From assembly GCF_001194135.2 (NCBI RefSeq), contig NC_068984.1, positions 40,578,086-40,642,085 of the forward strand: DNA of 64,000 nucleotides, in the 5' to 3' direction. Source of the DNA: Octopus bimaculoides (taxonomy: Eukaryota). This document shows positions 63,831 through 64,000 of this stretch, in pieces. A model generated the notes under the pieces. That model was not told the DNA's origin, did not search any database, and saw nothing but the letters and a program-made list of their open reading frames with translations. Position numbers and translations under genes: made by a program. Numbering within the stretch: position 1 is the first letter of the stretch; each line of letters starts with the position of its first letter.

Positions 63831-64000
63831 TATGCCTTGTTATAATACATTTTGTGTTCTTTGAGGTTGTTTTCCGTAATATGTTTGTCTGTTACATAGT
63901 TTAATATATTTGTTATGGTTTATTTGTATTTATATTGTTCTTAGACTCGCCTACGTTAGTTTGTTAGAAGAATCCCCGGTGTTCAATAGCGTTTGATTTA

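Overview
Eukaryotic, AT-rich, repeat-saturated draft-assembly DNA. It has 19 N-gaps (about 7.2 kb, about 11%), most flanked by microsatellites. The repeat content resembles an octopod cephalopod genome; this is inferred from the SINE families and microsatellite load, not from a database match. I found no host protein-coding gene, rRNA, true tRNA or CRISPR array. The supplied ORFs are mostly microsatellite or gap artefacts; the rest are transposon remnants or unassigned short ORFs. The window holds four tRNA-head SINE families (my labels A, B, C, D/E; several copies have TSDs) and an older dispersed repeat (F). It also holds two mariner remnants, a mariner-derived MITE, a second MITE, a Tc1-like remnant with DD36E spacing, and RTE, CR1/Jockey-type, R4/Dong-type and Penelope-like (PLE) fragments. 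The most interesting signal is a set of type I hammerhead ribozyme motifs. One is well formed (minus strand 9049-9137) and lies between PLE fragments in the order expected for a Penelope pseudo-LTR. The others belong to a short dispersed non-coding repeat (G) or stand alone. Also notable are a young R4/Dong-type insertion inside a (TAA)n tract, a MITE with its apparent parent mariner, and a few unique islands with splice-site or TF-site signals that remain unproven.
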